From contig OX597814.1 in assembly GCA_951406725.2 (NCBI GenBank), positions 35,402,001 to 35,466,000 of the forward strand: a DNA stretch of 64,000 nt. Reading direction: 5' to 3'. Positions 1-13,259 of this stretch are shown piece by piece (within the stretch, counting starts at the first letter, position 1; each line of letters starts with the position of its first letter). Made by a program: the position numbers and the translations under genes. The notes beneath the pieces were generated by a model. That model did not search any database. It had not been told where the DNA came from and saw only the letters and a list, made by a program, of their open reading frames with translations. Source of the stretch: Octopus vulgaris. Its lineage: Eukaryota.

Positions 1-1373
1 ATGCTATATTTTAATTGATGCAGGAAATTTGAAAGATAAAATTGATCATGGTTAGATTTTGACTTACAATGTAAAGGGTTGTAACTTAATACAGCAAAGT
101 ATTGTGTCCAATAGATAACAACAACTAATATAAATAAAAACAATTATATCTATATAGAGTAGAGTTTGTGAAATTAAGTAGATATTCCTATGAACCTGAA
201 CTTTACATTTAGAAATATTTAATTGGATGTAAAATTGTCCTTAAGATACTAAGGAAAATTTAAATAAGAAAGAAAACCTAATTGAAATGTATTTCTCCAC
301 CAGAGAATTCATCTTTCACACTAGCAAAGTTCTGAAGTTTTTCTAAGTTAAAATTAAATCAATAACTAATGCACAATAGTGATATCATATTGTATGTTGT
401 GTTATATATTAAATTTTAATTTTTATTTAAATTTTATTCTTAAACCTATAATACCTTTTGCTAATAATTCTAAAATCTTCTAATATTTTGTAGAGAAAAT
501 AGCAAAAATGAAACCTAGTATTTTATATTTGAACAATATTTTGGTTGCAAGCAATTATAACATCTAATAGGTGTTACAGAATTATTAATATTTCAATAAT
601 ACATGTGTATGTCTAAAAAAACATATTTTAAAAAATTAAACATTTTCTAGAAGACAAATGAATATTTTGTGCATAGTGATAATTTAGGCATCAAAGGATT
701 AATTTCAATATTGAATATGAATTATCTCTATCTTTGAAATTTGAAGGGGATAGAAGTGGAAAATAGCTCCAGAACATTGCAGCAAGCTATTAGAAATATG
801 AGAAAAGGTGGTAAAAGGATACAATGTCTGGAACTAAGAGTTCTATTTGCATTGTTGAGTGTTCTGTATTGAAAATTTATTCAAAGTTTCTTCATATAGA
901 GTATCTGAGAATTATCTCATATTAAGATAATAACACCTGATTTTATATACATGCTTTATATCTGAAACAGAAATTTAGTTGTGCAAGCTAGCAAAGCATT
1001 CAGAAAGTTTTCAGTAACTCAGCTCCCCTATGTACACCCCCATCTTTAAATATCATATTTAGTGACCTCTGCCAATTAAAATTTTTCAGAATGCTAGGCT
1101 AAGCGCAGGAGTGGCTGTGTAGTAAGTAGCTTGCTTACCAACCACATGGTTCCGGGTTCAGTCCCACTGCATGGCACCTTGGGTAAGTGTCTTCTACTAT
1201 AGCCTCGGGCCGACCAAAGCCTTATGAGTGGATTGGGTAAACGGAAACTGAAAGACGCCTGTTGTATATGTGTTTGCATATATATATATATAACAAAGTT
1301 GAGTTGTGGGGTATCGCACGAGTGGAATTATATATGAAAGAAGGTTTGAAAATGCAATTTAAAAGATGTTTAT

Positions 1374-1418
1374 TTACTTTACCGGTTTCACTCTTTGGAA
1401 AAAGTTTATCAAAAGTAA
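1374..1418 (-). ncRNA. Minimal type-I hammerhead ribozyme, U3-A8 core variant
   Basis: Minus strand reads TTACTT-TTGATAA-ACTTTT(TCCA)AAGAGT-GAAA-CCGG-TA-AAGTAA: 6-bp stem I, 6-bp stem II, palindromic stem III. Confidence 0.75.
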
Positions 1419-2269
1419 CATGTGGAAGTTTGGTTGCGTTAAGTATTGGTTGTTGCAAATTGCTACATTACATATATATATATATATATATATATATACA
1501 GTATTTGGAAACAGGGACATGTTAAGGACATAAAAATGTACAACAGTATGTTGAGAATATAAAGAGGTTTAACAAGCTCATTGAAAAAATGGGCAGAAAA
1601 GATTAAAACAAATATATTATACATCTCAGGATAATTTCCAGGAGGAATTATTAAAAAAGTTCAGTACAGAATATTATGAATTCAAAAAGATTTACATTAA
1701 TGTGGTGGCGAGGTTGTTACTGACCTGTCCGTTTTAGCAGAGATGTGGAATTGAAAAGGATGTACCCGATTTTTCTTTTTTTGGCTTTCCTTCAAGCATC
1801 AATGATTTTGGGGTTAGGATGAGGTGAATATGTGTGTCTCTGCGTGTATGTGTGTATGCATACATATACATGTGGTGTGAATAGATGTGTCTGTGTGTCT
1901 GTAGTATTTGGTCAGATGGTGTCTGTTTGTCAAACGTGTGTGTGGTTGTCATGGTGTTGTGTGTGTGTGTGTGTGTGCATGCGCACGCATGTATGTGTGT
2001 GGATGGCATTTGACATGGTGCTGCATGTGTATATATATGTGCCTGTATGGAGGTGAGATTGGTGTGAGTGTGTGTGTCCCTGTGTGCGTGCACATACACG
2101 CATACAAGTGTCTGTGTGTGGGGGCTGTTTTTGATTGGTTCCAGGGTGGTGTAAATAGATGTGTGTTGTTTAAAGAATTTTTTTGGGTAGGATGGTGTGT
2201 GTATATGCGTGCTCGCCCGTGCGCGCGCGTGTTCGTGCGTGTGCACGTCTACACATGTGTGCGGGCCAT

Positions 2270-2316
2270 ACACACACACTACATATACATATACACACAC
2301 ACACACACATACATAC

Positions 2317-2347
<31 letters not shown>

Positions 2348-3034
2348 CACACACACACACACACAACACACATACACACATAATCTACACACACACAACA
2401 CACACACACACAACACACATACATACAGAACACACACACACAACGCACATACATATAATACACACACACAACACACAAATATAACATATATTTATATATA
2501 ATATACACACATATAACACACACACACAACACACATAACACATACACACGCAACACACGCACACATACATACATAATATAAATACAACACATATACACCT
2601 AACACATATATACATACAATACACATACACAGCATATATATAATACACATACACAATATATACATATAACATACATACACAATACATACATATAATATAT
2701 ATATATATAGACAATGCATATACATATATACATATATATATATATATAATGTTTACATACACATACATAAATATACCACATATACACACAATATACATAC
2801 ATACAATGTATACATATACACATACATATAACATACATATACATAACATACACATACACAATGCATACATATATATACATATAATGTATATACATGTATT
2901 CATGCATATACAACACACATACAATATACATACATACAATGCATATATACACATATATATACACATAATGTACACATACATATACAACACACATACATAT
3001 AATATACATATACACAATGCACATACATATAATG

Positions 3035-3070
<36 letters not shown>

Positions 3071-3375
3071 TCTATACATACATATATATATAATGCACAC
3101 ACACACACACACAAAATACATACATATAACGTACACACACATATATATATACATACCACACACACACACAAACAATGCATTCACATATACACACATACAA
3201 TGCATGCACACACACACACACACACAACACACACATATATACATATATATAACACATATACACACATAAATACATACACACACACAATGCACACACACAC
3301 ACACGCACACACACACACACACACACACAACCCACACAACACACACACACACACACATAACATACATATATATAA
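2270..3375. repeat. Compound degenerate (CA)n/(TA)n microsatellite region inside the PLE
   Basis: Directly visible dinucleotide repeats. Confidence 0.95.
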
Positions 3376-3526
3376 TGCATGCGCGTGTGTGCCGCGTATG
3401 TGTGTGGTCAATGCCTGCTGGTGTGCCCTATGTGTGCCGATGCGTGCATGTGTCCGCTTGCATGATACGTTGCGAGTGTGCGCGTGTCTTTGTGTGTTTG
3501 CTCTGGATGTGTGCCTAGGGGGTATG

Positions 3527-3737
3527 TTAGAGTATGTTTAGTTGTGGTCTGTATTTTTGAATAAGATTACTTTCCCTATTTATTCGTGTTTGGTCTGTGG
3601 TGTTGTCCGAGCATTGGTATAGTGGGAAGACTAAGAATTTGGGGGACTTATTGTGTGCACAAAGGTCTAAGTGTCCACTTAGTGGTATCTGTCTTGTGGA
3701 GGGGTCCCTCAGTTGTTGTCGGTGAACTGTCATTCTA
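3527..3737 (-). pseudogene. C-terminus of PLE GIY-YIG endonuclease
   Basis: RMTVHRQQLRDPSTRQIPLSGHLDLC...FLVFPLY...RINRESNLIQKYRPQLN fits the R..H...E..I....P.LN end of PLE endonucleases and parallels the remnant at 14613-14830. Confidence 0.75.
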
Positions 3738-3798
3738 GGCACACATATATACACATGCAGCACCATGTCAAATGCCATCCACACACATACATGCGTGC

Positions 3799-3836
<38 letters not shown>

Positions 3837-4344
3837 CACCATGACAACCACACACATGTTTGACAAACAGACACCATCTGACCAAATACTACAGACACAC
3901 AGACACATCTATTCACATGCACACACACATACATGCAGAGACACACATATTCACCTCATCCTAACCCCAAAATCATTGATGCTTGAAGGAAAGCCAAAAA
4001 AAGAAAAAAACGGGTATATCCTTTTCAATTCCACATCTCTGCTAAAACGGACAGGTCAGTAACAACCTCGCCACTACATTAATGTAAATCTTTTTGAATT
4101 CATAATATTCTGTACTGAACTTTTTTAATAATTCCTCCTGGAAATTACCCTGAGATGTATAATATATTTGTTTTAATCTTTTCTGCCCATTTTTTCAATG
4201 AGCTTGTTAAACCTCTTTATATTCTCAACATACTGTTGTACATTTTTATGTCCTTAACATGTCCCTGTTTCCAAAGACTATATATATATATGTAATGTAG
4301 CAATTTGCAACAACCAATACTTAACGCAACCAAACTTCCACATG

Positions 4345-4389
4345 TTACTTTTGATAATCTTTTTCCAAAGAGTGAAACTGGTAAAGTAA
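4345..4389 (+). ncRNA. Second copy of the U3-A8 hammerhead (slightly decayed)
   Basis: TTACTT-TTGATAA-TCTTTTTCCAAAGAGT-GAAA-CTGG-TA-AAGTAA. Confidence 0.65.
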
Positions 4390-4427
4390 ATAAACATCTT
4401 TTAAATTCCATTTTCAAACCTTCTTTC

Positions 4428-4553
<126 letters not shown>

Positions 4554-4964
4554 GCATGTGTGTGTGTCTGTGTTAGTCCCCCCAACATCGCTTGACAACT
4601 GATGCTGGTGTGTTTACATACCCGTAACTTAGCAGTTCAACTAAAGAGACTGATAGAATAAGTACTAGGCTTACAAAGAATAAGTCCTGGGGTCAATTTG
4701 TTTGACTAAATGCAGTGCTCCAGCATGTCCGCAGTCAAATGACTAAACAGGTAAAGAGTAAGAGTATGTTTGCTTAATGCTGTACATTGAATGTGATGAT
4801 GATAATCTTTATCAGAGCTGAATCTGTAAATGACTGTACACCCAAATCCTAAATGTGCAACATGATTGCCGGTAGGACATCAAAATGCTTAGTTAATGGG
4901 ACCACGTATGTATCATAATGTGTATACTACTTTTTGTCTTTATTGTTGCCTCTGCTTCTGATGC

Positions 4965-5190
4965 TGTTGTTGTTGTTGTTGTTAAGCAACAAGATGGGTG
5001 ATGGTGATTAGGTGATGGTCTAGGGCTTAGGGGTGGGAGACCCCAGACCTTGGAAAAAAAAACTTTGGTTGTCTTGTTGTAGTCGAGGGCTCTTCATTGA
5101 CGCCCGACACCACTGGGAGGTGGCCCTTGAAGTTGCTGGAAATGGAGATATCCAGGTCCAAATTCTTGAACAGCTGCTTCTGATGCTGTC
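4965..5190. repeat. Interspersed repeat of unknown family; inverted copy at 26455-26685
   Basis: Shares e.g. CCTTGGAAAAAAAAACTTTGGTTGTCTTGTTGTAGTCGAGGGCTCTTC with the reverse complement of ~26545-26595. Confidence 0.85.
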
Positions 5191-6424
5191 ATGTGCAGTA
5201 TACTTCTGACTTCTTAAATTATCTTCTAAAAGTCTGCACCATCAAAGTGATGTATTTTACTTTTGAAGAGATAGTGTTATTTATCTTTAAAGTAATCCTG
5301 CATTGGTCTTTGAATCACTTCTTTTGTTTCCCTGCTAGAAACTATGGTTGAATGTGGTATAGATGATCTTAAGCTGAAAATATGACAAAGATTGTATATA
5401 GTTAAACTATGCATATGTACATGCATACACACACATGTGCACACACATGTGCACACACATGCACACACACAAATATATACAATATATTTATATATGTATA
5501 GATAATGATTTGAGTTAGGCAGAATGTGTATTGCAAAACTATGTATACATTTATATGTGTCAATGTGAAAGAGAGCGAGAGAGAGAGCGAGAGAGAGAAT
5601 GAGTGAGTGAGTGAATGAGAGAGAGAGAGAGTATACATGTGTATGCTAGTGCATTTGCTTACCCTTGCTGCTTGCTATTCAAAAGTTACAATGCGCACAT
5701 GATGCTCTCTTGGCATTTCTCCTGCCAGTAGAGTGTGTGGTCACTTCATACCTTTAAAGCCTGTAAAATGAAAGATTTGAGAGTCTCTATACTTGAAACA
5801 GGTAAGGATTAGCATCAGGGAGAGCATCCAGCTGTAAAACAACACCTCAACAGCATATTCATATAAACCCCATGTCAGAATAATAAAATGGGTATAAAAT
5901 ATATAAGAATAAAAAATACATTAGTACAAGGCTACAAAATTTATCACGAAGGGGAGTAATTGTAATACATTGGTATATTACTAGTATATATTTTAGTATA
6001 TGTTTTATTGACTTCAGTTGGATGAAAGGCAAAGATGACCTCTAATAGAGAAGAATAGAGAATGTAGGATGAGGAAACAACATACACCTTATTATTTCAG
6101 TCACTTCAATAAGCTATCGTTTCTATTCAAATAATATAGATGAAACAGGAATAAACATTGAAAGAACTGCACAAATAGACAATAAAGATGTTTAACTTGC
6201 ATGTTTTAATTGTTGTTGTTAAAAGGATTATTGTTACTGGCATTGCTGTTTTTGCTATTGTTGTTGTAACTAAATATTGATTCATCTGCTTGTTTTTAGT
6301 GTCATTATCAATAGTATACACAGTTTGATGTGCCAAAAGCAAGCCGATGCTGATTTCTTTTGATTTTTCCATCTCAAATTATGTCAAAGAAAATGGTTTT
6401 GTGTGCTAATATATGAAAGAAAGC

Positions 6425-6516
<92 letters not shown>

Positions 6517-6978
6517 GTAATATATATTATCTGAATTAGTAACATACTGATATTTAAAAATATATTTATATCTAAATTAAATATTTTATAGAATGCATGG
6601 ATGGTTCTTTTTTTGTTATTGAGGCTCACTTATAATTTTGAAGGACTAAATGTTAGCATAGTTGCTTCCCTTTTTTGTTTATCTAAGTGCTAGTTGTTGC
6701 TTGTGATTTTGTATGTGTATAAGTGTATGTATATACATATAACTATGTGTGTATGTGCGATTGATCTGTAGATGCGTGTGTGAATATTGGCGTTCCTTGA
6801 CTAACCAACCGTATAATTTTCTTTTGTGATTTAAATTTCAAACCAATAGCCAATCGAATTAATCTAAATTTTCTTTACCTAGTGGTCAGCATTTCTTAAC
6901 TCATAGTTATTTCGATCTTGAAAGGATGGACTTGGTGCTAACTTAACTGTATCTATTTTTAGTATTTTTTTATTATTA

Positions 6979-7021
<43 letters not shown>

Positions 7022-7371
7022 AGTAATTTTTATTAACTTTTATAGCTTTAGAATTTTATGAACTGTACCACGGATTTAATTATTATTTTTCATCTCCATA
7101 TGTGTTAGCCCTTTTTTTTTTTTTTTTTTATAAAAAAAACTATTAGCCAAATATGTATAATATCGGTACTTATTAATATTAATATATACACTGTTATATA
7201 TTTTGTTTTATATTGTTCTGTTTACCTTCCTTTTTGTACAAATGTGTATTATATTATATAAGTGTAGCATTATGATGTATAAGTTTTTATATTTTACATT
7301 TTTATATTTTTATATTTATATGTATATGATTATATAATATTTTTCACTATTATAACAAATTTAATTTAATT

Positions 7372-7479
7372 CTCTGAAGAGGCCGTGGGGCATCCTTGTT
7401 AATGCCTCATTTATACCTGCCTTTATGGCTTATAGGTTAAATGAGGTATGACTGTCCTCACTGCCGAAACAGCTGTCAG
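7372..7479 (+). ncRNA. Type-I hammerhead-like motif with ~85-nt extended stem II
   Basis: CTGAAGA-GGC.GTGGGG...ATGCCTCATTTA..TAAATGAGGTAT...CCTCAC.GCC-GAAA-CAGCTG-TC-AG. The core is intact and stem III is palindromic, but stem I is weak. Confidence 0.75.
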
Positions 7480-8243
7480 TTTTGATTTATTTGCATATTA
7501 TATTTGAAATTTTTTACTTATATCTCTTTATCTTTTTACTTTTACTATTACTGTATATCTCATTTCATTTTATATATTGCCTTTACTCATATGTAATGGT
7601 GTATTAAAGTATGGATTGAGTATCATCGGATAGTTGATGTTTTACTGATTTAAGTATGTTTCTCCATTCTCTAATTTTGTAGTTATATATATATGTATAT
7701 ATATGTATACATATATGTATGTATATACATATAAATACACATGAATATGTATATATATTTGTACATATACATACACATATTATATACGCCATATACATAC
7801 ATGTGTGTGTATGAGTGATTAGGTAAATGTATATATGATTACATATATATATATATATATACATTCATACACATGAATATGAATATATATTTATATATAT
7901 GTATATATGATTACATATATATTCATATGCATAATTGTACAAACATACACATGCATACACACTCACATATACATATTTATTCACATGCGTACATACCCAT
8001 ATGCCACATTTCTCCCTGTTTGCCAATGTAAATAAATGTAAGATGTGCAACATAAACAAAACCTAGAGAATAGCATGTAAAGGAAAGGAACATAACTAAA
8101 TAACAAACTTACAACTACTTTCCTTATATACAACAGACATATGCACAGGTGTGATTACTTATTTATACGATTAACATCTACAGGGATCTATCTATCTATC
8201 TATCTTTATATGTATATGTTTCTCTGTGTGCATGTATATATAT

Positions 8244-8301
<58 letters not shown>

Positions 8302-8767
8302 ATATATATGTATATATATATACATATACATATATATACACATACATATATATACATATACATACATATATATATATATATATACATATACATACATATA
8401 CATATATATATACATATATATATACATACATATATATATATATATATATACATACATACATATATATATACACACATATATACATACATATGCATATATA
8501 TATATATACACACACATACATATATATATATACACACACATACATATATATATATACACACATATATATATACACACACACATATATATATATATAAATA
8601 CACACATATATATATATTGATGTATCTTGCAGTAGATATATATTAATTTGAGTGTAAAAAGAAGAGAGACAAAGTGAGTGATGGTAAGACAGCAGGAAGA
8701 GAACAAGTCTTTCTAAATGTACATCCATAGCCAACCCACACATACACATATGCACACATTTAAACAA

Positions 8768-8803
<36 letters not shown>

Positions 8804-9306
8804 GCATGCACGCATGTGTTTGTGTGTGTGTGTATGTATTATTATATCTGCATATGTGTGCATAGATGAGAGTATATATACAAATATACACTCATGATAT
8901 ATGTCTATATATATGTTCTTTCTTCATTATATTTTTAAGTTTTATAGGCTTAACTCTGCTTCTTTTAATCCCTGTCAGATCTAGCTTCAAGATTTCTTTC
9001 ATTGAAGCAAAAGCTTCCAGAATTCAGCTGCAGGATAGTATATTGTATAGAATGTATCAGTGCTATTTGATTTGTTTGTTAATGCCGTTGTATATAGATT
9101 AATATTTTGCTATTTTAACTCTCACCTTCTTGTGGCTTGTTAGTCTACTAGCTCTGGGAGACTGAAAGAGCTTAGAATGTTATATCTGGGTTCATTTAAG
9201 TACATACGCACACACACACACAGAGGGTCCCTCACATACATGTGCACATATATGTAAATATATATATGTGTGTATATGTATGTGTGTATGTATGCATATA
9301 TATATA

Positions 9307-9337
<31 letters not shown>

Positions 9338-9374
9338 CATCATCGTCGTCATCATCATCAACAACATGATCATC

Positions 9375-9760
9375 ATCGTCATCATTGCTTTAACCCTTAC
9401 TTTTCTCTTGGTATGGGTTAGACAATTTAAGTGGAACTAGTAAGCCAGAAAGCTGTACCAGGTTCCAGTCTGGTTTGGCTTGGTTCCTATGGCTGGATGC
9501 TCTTCTTAATGCCAACTACTCCAGGAGTGTAGCGGGTGGCTTTTAAGTTTCACTAGCATGGGTGCCTTTTATGTGTCCCCAGCACCAGCCATGACTATGA
9601 TTTCCCTATTCTTGATGAGTGGTCTCAAGCACAGCAAATTGCCAAAGGTCTCAACCACTTGTTATTACCTCTGTGAGACCCAACGTTTGAAGTTCATGCT
9701 TCACCACCTCGTCCTATGTCTTCCTGGGTTTACGCCTTCCACAGGTTCCCCCCATGCATA
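9375..9760 (-). mobile_element. RTE-LINE 3' end / tail fragment
   Basis: Same GGCTGGATGC(C/T)CTT..TAATGCCAAC motif and (CAT)n end as the RTE 3' region at 47520-47905. Confidence 0.65.
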
Positions 9761-10050
9761 AATATGCACTGGAGCTGCACGTGCACACACACACACACAC
9801 ACACACATTTGTTTATTCATTTTAAGTTAATTTTTTCCATGATAGCGTGAGTCCGAATGGCAAGATATTTGAAGTAGATTTTATGGCCAGATTAGATGCT
9901 TTTCCTATAACCAATGCTTCCTTGTTTCTCAAGAAAGTGATTTTTTTTCATTCACTAGGTCTTTGATAGGACATAGCAGCCAGTCATAATATCAACAAAG
10001 ACTGTTAACACCAGCATAATCTTGCTTAAATGCTGACAAGCTTAGCATGT

Positions 10051-10389
10051 CTGAGACCCCCTTCAGTCACGACACAGATCATGGGATTACACCTAGAAAG
10101 TTACCCTCCCAGGCACAAGTCCGGGCAAGGTTGTTTATGGAAGACCAGCAGTTGCCCATGCATACCAGCGTCCCCTCTTCATGCCACCAGCGTTATCCAA
10201 TGAAAGGCAAAGGCCGATACAGCTTGGCACCTATGACGTTGCAACTAATTTCTACAGCTGAGTGAACTGGAACAACGTGAAATAAAGTGTCATGCTCAAG
10301 AACACAACACACAGCCCGGTCCGGTATTCAAGCTCACAACCTCACGATCGTTAGCTCGACACTCTAACCACTGAGCCGTGCATCTTCAC
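10051..10389 (-). mobile_element. tRNA-derived SINE (family B)
   Basis: Minus-strand head TGAAGATGCACGGCTCAGTGGTTAGAG...GAGCTTGAATACC; matches 31790-32127 and 43888-44175. Confidence 0.85.
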
Positions 10390-11348
10390 ATGCATGTACA
10401 CACACATATACATATGAATATATCATGCACAGGTTATAGTTTGCTTCAGTTTTGGTGCTATGATTTCAGATTCTTCACATTGATAAATTGAAGAAGTTTA
10501 AATCATTGAAAATGCCACAGACATTGCATGGGAAGGTTATGACAATTTAGTTAACAAAAACTAAAACTGGTGTGAATTCAACCAGTTCTGTAGGTTATTG
10601 GCAAAATGACCCTCCCAAAATATGACAATTAAACTATTTTAATAATCTGAGCATGAACAGGAGACAGTTACAGTGAGGTATTGGCCTTATTGTACTTACC
10701 AAATTAGTGATGAAAGTATTATAAAGTATGCATACAATATTATGAAAAATTTGCATATCTAAAAATATAAATCACTGAACTTTATTATTCAGAGACACTA
10801 TCTCCAACATAAACAATAGTTAAGCTAGTATTAAAGTATTTAATGAAGTGAACATCAAAAAATATAATTTAAAATAATTATGTGGTAAAGAAAGACATTT
10901 AATCATTTTGGTAAGGATGGGAGACGGAAAAATTGCTGAACAAGATTTACTTCACAGCTGAGCCAATAATATGGAAAGTGATGATGATGGTGGTGGCGGC
11001 GGTAATGGTGGTGGTGGCAGTGGTGATGATGACAATGATGATGATGATAATGATGGTGATTGTGGTATATAATGTGACAGTTGGTGAATAAAATTATTAC
11101 TTTCTTAACATTAAAAAGAAAAATGAGACATAAATGTGCATATTATATTGTTGTAAGATATAAAGTTGTTATGTAGAGGTGTGGATATTTGTGAATATGA
11201 TTTAACTCTGTATGATATTTATTTCCAGTTTTATGGCTTTGAGTTCAAATAAGGCCCATGGACACACATATACAGCTGCACACACATAACAACACCCATA
11301 GAGCTACACTCACATATATGTCTCTCCCTTTATATATATACATACATA

Positions 11349-11537
<189 letters not shown>

Positions 11538-11886
11538 GTGTGTGTGTGTATATATATATTAATTTTCACCCGTCTGACAATATTCTTATAACATAGGAAA
11601 ACAGTCAGCTAGCAGTCAGATCAGAATCTAAATCAACAGACATGTGTACTCTCTCTTTTTTTTAAATATACTGAGTGCTTTATTGAAGTGTGATCTTGAT
11701 AGTGTGGTCTGAAATATCACACACACACGCACACAAACACACCTGTATGTATATATATATATGTGTGTGTGTATGGATATATACCAGAGTAAGTGCATAA
11801 ATGTGAAACAAGGTGGAAAAAAAAGTATACTCGAATACCAGAGGTAGAGTAATATGCTTTATTAATAAAGCTGCAAAGATATCACA

Positions 11887-11932
11887 AAAACTGTTACTCA
11901 AAGTTTCACATTCCTGTTTGGCAGACAGTTTT
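11887..11932 (-). ncRNA. Decayed hammerhead-like motif
   Basis: AAAACTGT-CTGCCAA-ACAGGAATGT-GAAA-CTTTGAG-TA-ACAGTTTT: perfect 8-bp stem I, with the core two changes away from CTGACGA. Confidence 0.6.
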
Positions 11933-12461
11933 GGTTGAGAATGGAACAAAAAAAGTTATACATATAAATATACAATTACATTGATAGATACACATAAGAA
12001 ATTGGTTTTGTTTTATTGGTCCTTTCAACTAACACTATTTTCAATAACCGGCTACATGAAATTAAAATTAGAATTACAAATTAGAATCATATTATTTAAA
12101 AGCGAAGAAAACCTTAAATCAAAAATTAGCTTTAGTAGAAAGAAAAAAATCTGTATTACCCAGGGTAAGTTAATTAATGGTAAAATAAATTTAAATTTAT
12201 GTCCATTTATAATAAAAGTATCCACTCAGAAAGAACTAACATCATAAAAATGCATATGCATTTATCTATACATACACATCCCAAAAAACCTATACATACA
12301 TATATACACACTAAACATACAAATGTTGGTACATGTCCACATAGATATACAAATACAGGCAATATATATATATATATACATACTAATTTATATATAGGTA
12401 TCTACGTACACACACACACACACACACATATATATACACACACACATACACATATACACAT

Positions 12462-12503
<42 letters not shown>

Positions 12504-13259
12504 TCATAATGGGTTTCCTTGCATTTTTCTAAATGTACAACTTAGTTATTGCGAATTAGAAAAAGAAAAAGAAGTAGTGAGAGAAAGAAAAAGAAGAGGT
12601 GGAAGAAAGAAGAAAGAAAAAAGGGAAAAAAGAGAAAAACAGATAGAGAGAGAGAAATAATTTGGAAATTGGAATTCCCAAACAGTATCTAACAAATGTT
12701 ATATACTTCTGTAAGCTTGCAAACACACACAAAAATGTACACAAATAAACAGACATGCATATCTATGTAAATACATACATATATACAATAGTAACACACA
12801 TGCAGATAGAAATATACATATAAACATAAACAGATATATATATATATATATCTGCATACATATATTCACATCAAGATATATATATACACCATAACGTATA
12901 TGTACATACAAATATACTAAAAACTGGTGTATTGAGTATTTAATTAAGAAAATTGATATGATACAATTAAGTGTAATATGAATTTTAAAAATAAGAATTC
13001 AAAAAATATGAATTTAAAATTTAAAATTTGAATATGAAAATGAGTAAAAATGAGTAAAAATTAAACCTCGGCAAAATTTAAATTTAAATTTGCAAAACAG
13101 TCGAAGGCTTTTTAAGTTGAATGTAAAATATGAAGGCAAAATATGTACCAGCATGGTAATACTAAAAGATGTTTATATTTTAGGTGTAAAAGCCAAATTC
13201 AAATGCGAAAGTCAAAAGACTTTTGAAAGTCAAAAATTATCCATCCAGTATTTTCTCAG

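Larger units (their letters stand above)
1290..4427 (-). mobile_element. 5'-truncated Penelope-like retroelement (Neptune-like) with inverted pseudo-LTR (fold-back)
   Basis: Inverted arms 1336-2044 and 3737-4427; GIY-YIG C-terminal coding remnant at 3527-3737; an HHR motif in each arm; ~40-nt tail (1290-1330) on one arm only; flanked by (TA)n. Confidence 0.85.

Noticed and set aside
1734-3541. Many overlapping 65-230 aa ORFs (CV/YI/HT-rich), with similar sets at 8141-8863, 11258-11596, 27680-28177 and 37138-37637
   Set aside because: They are translations of (TG)n/(TA)n/(CA)n microsatellites, which lack stop codons; they are not genes.
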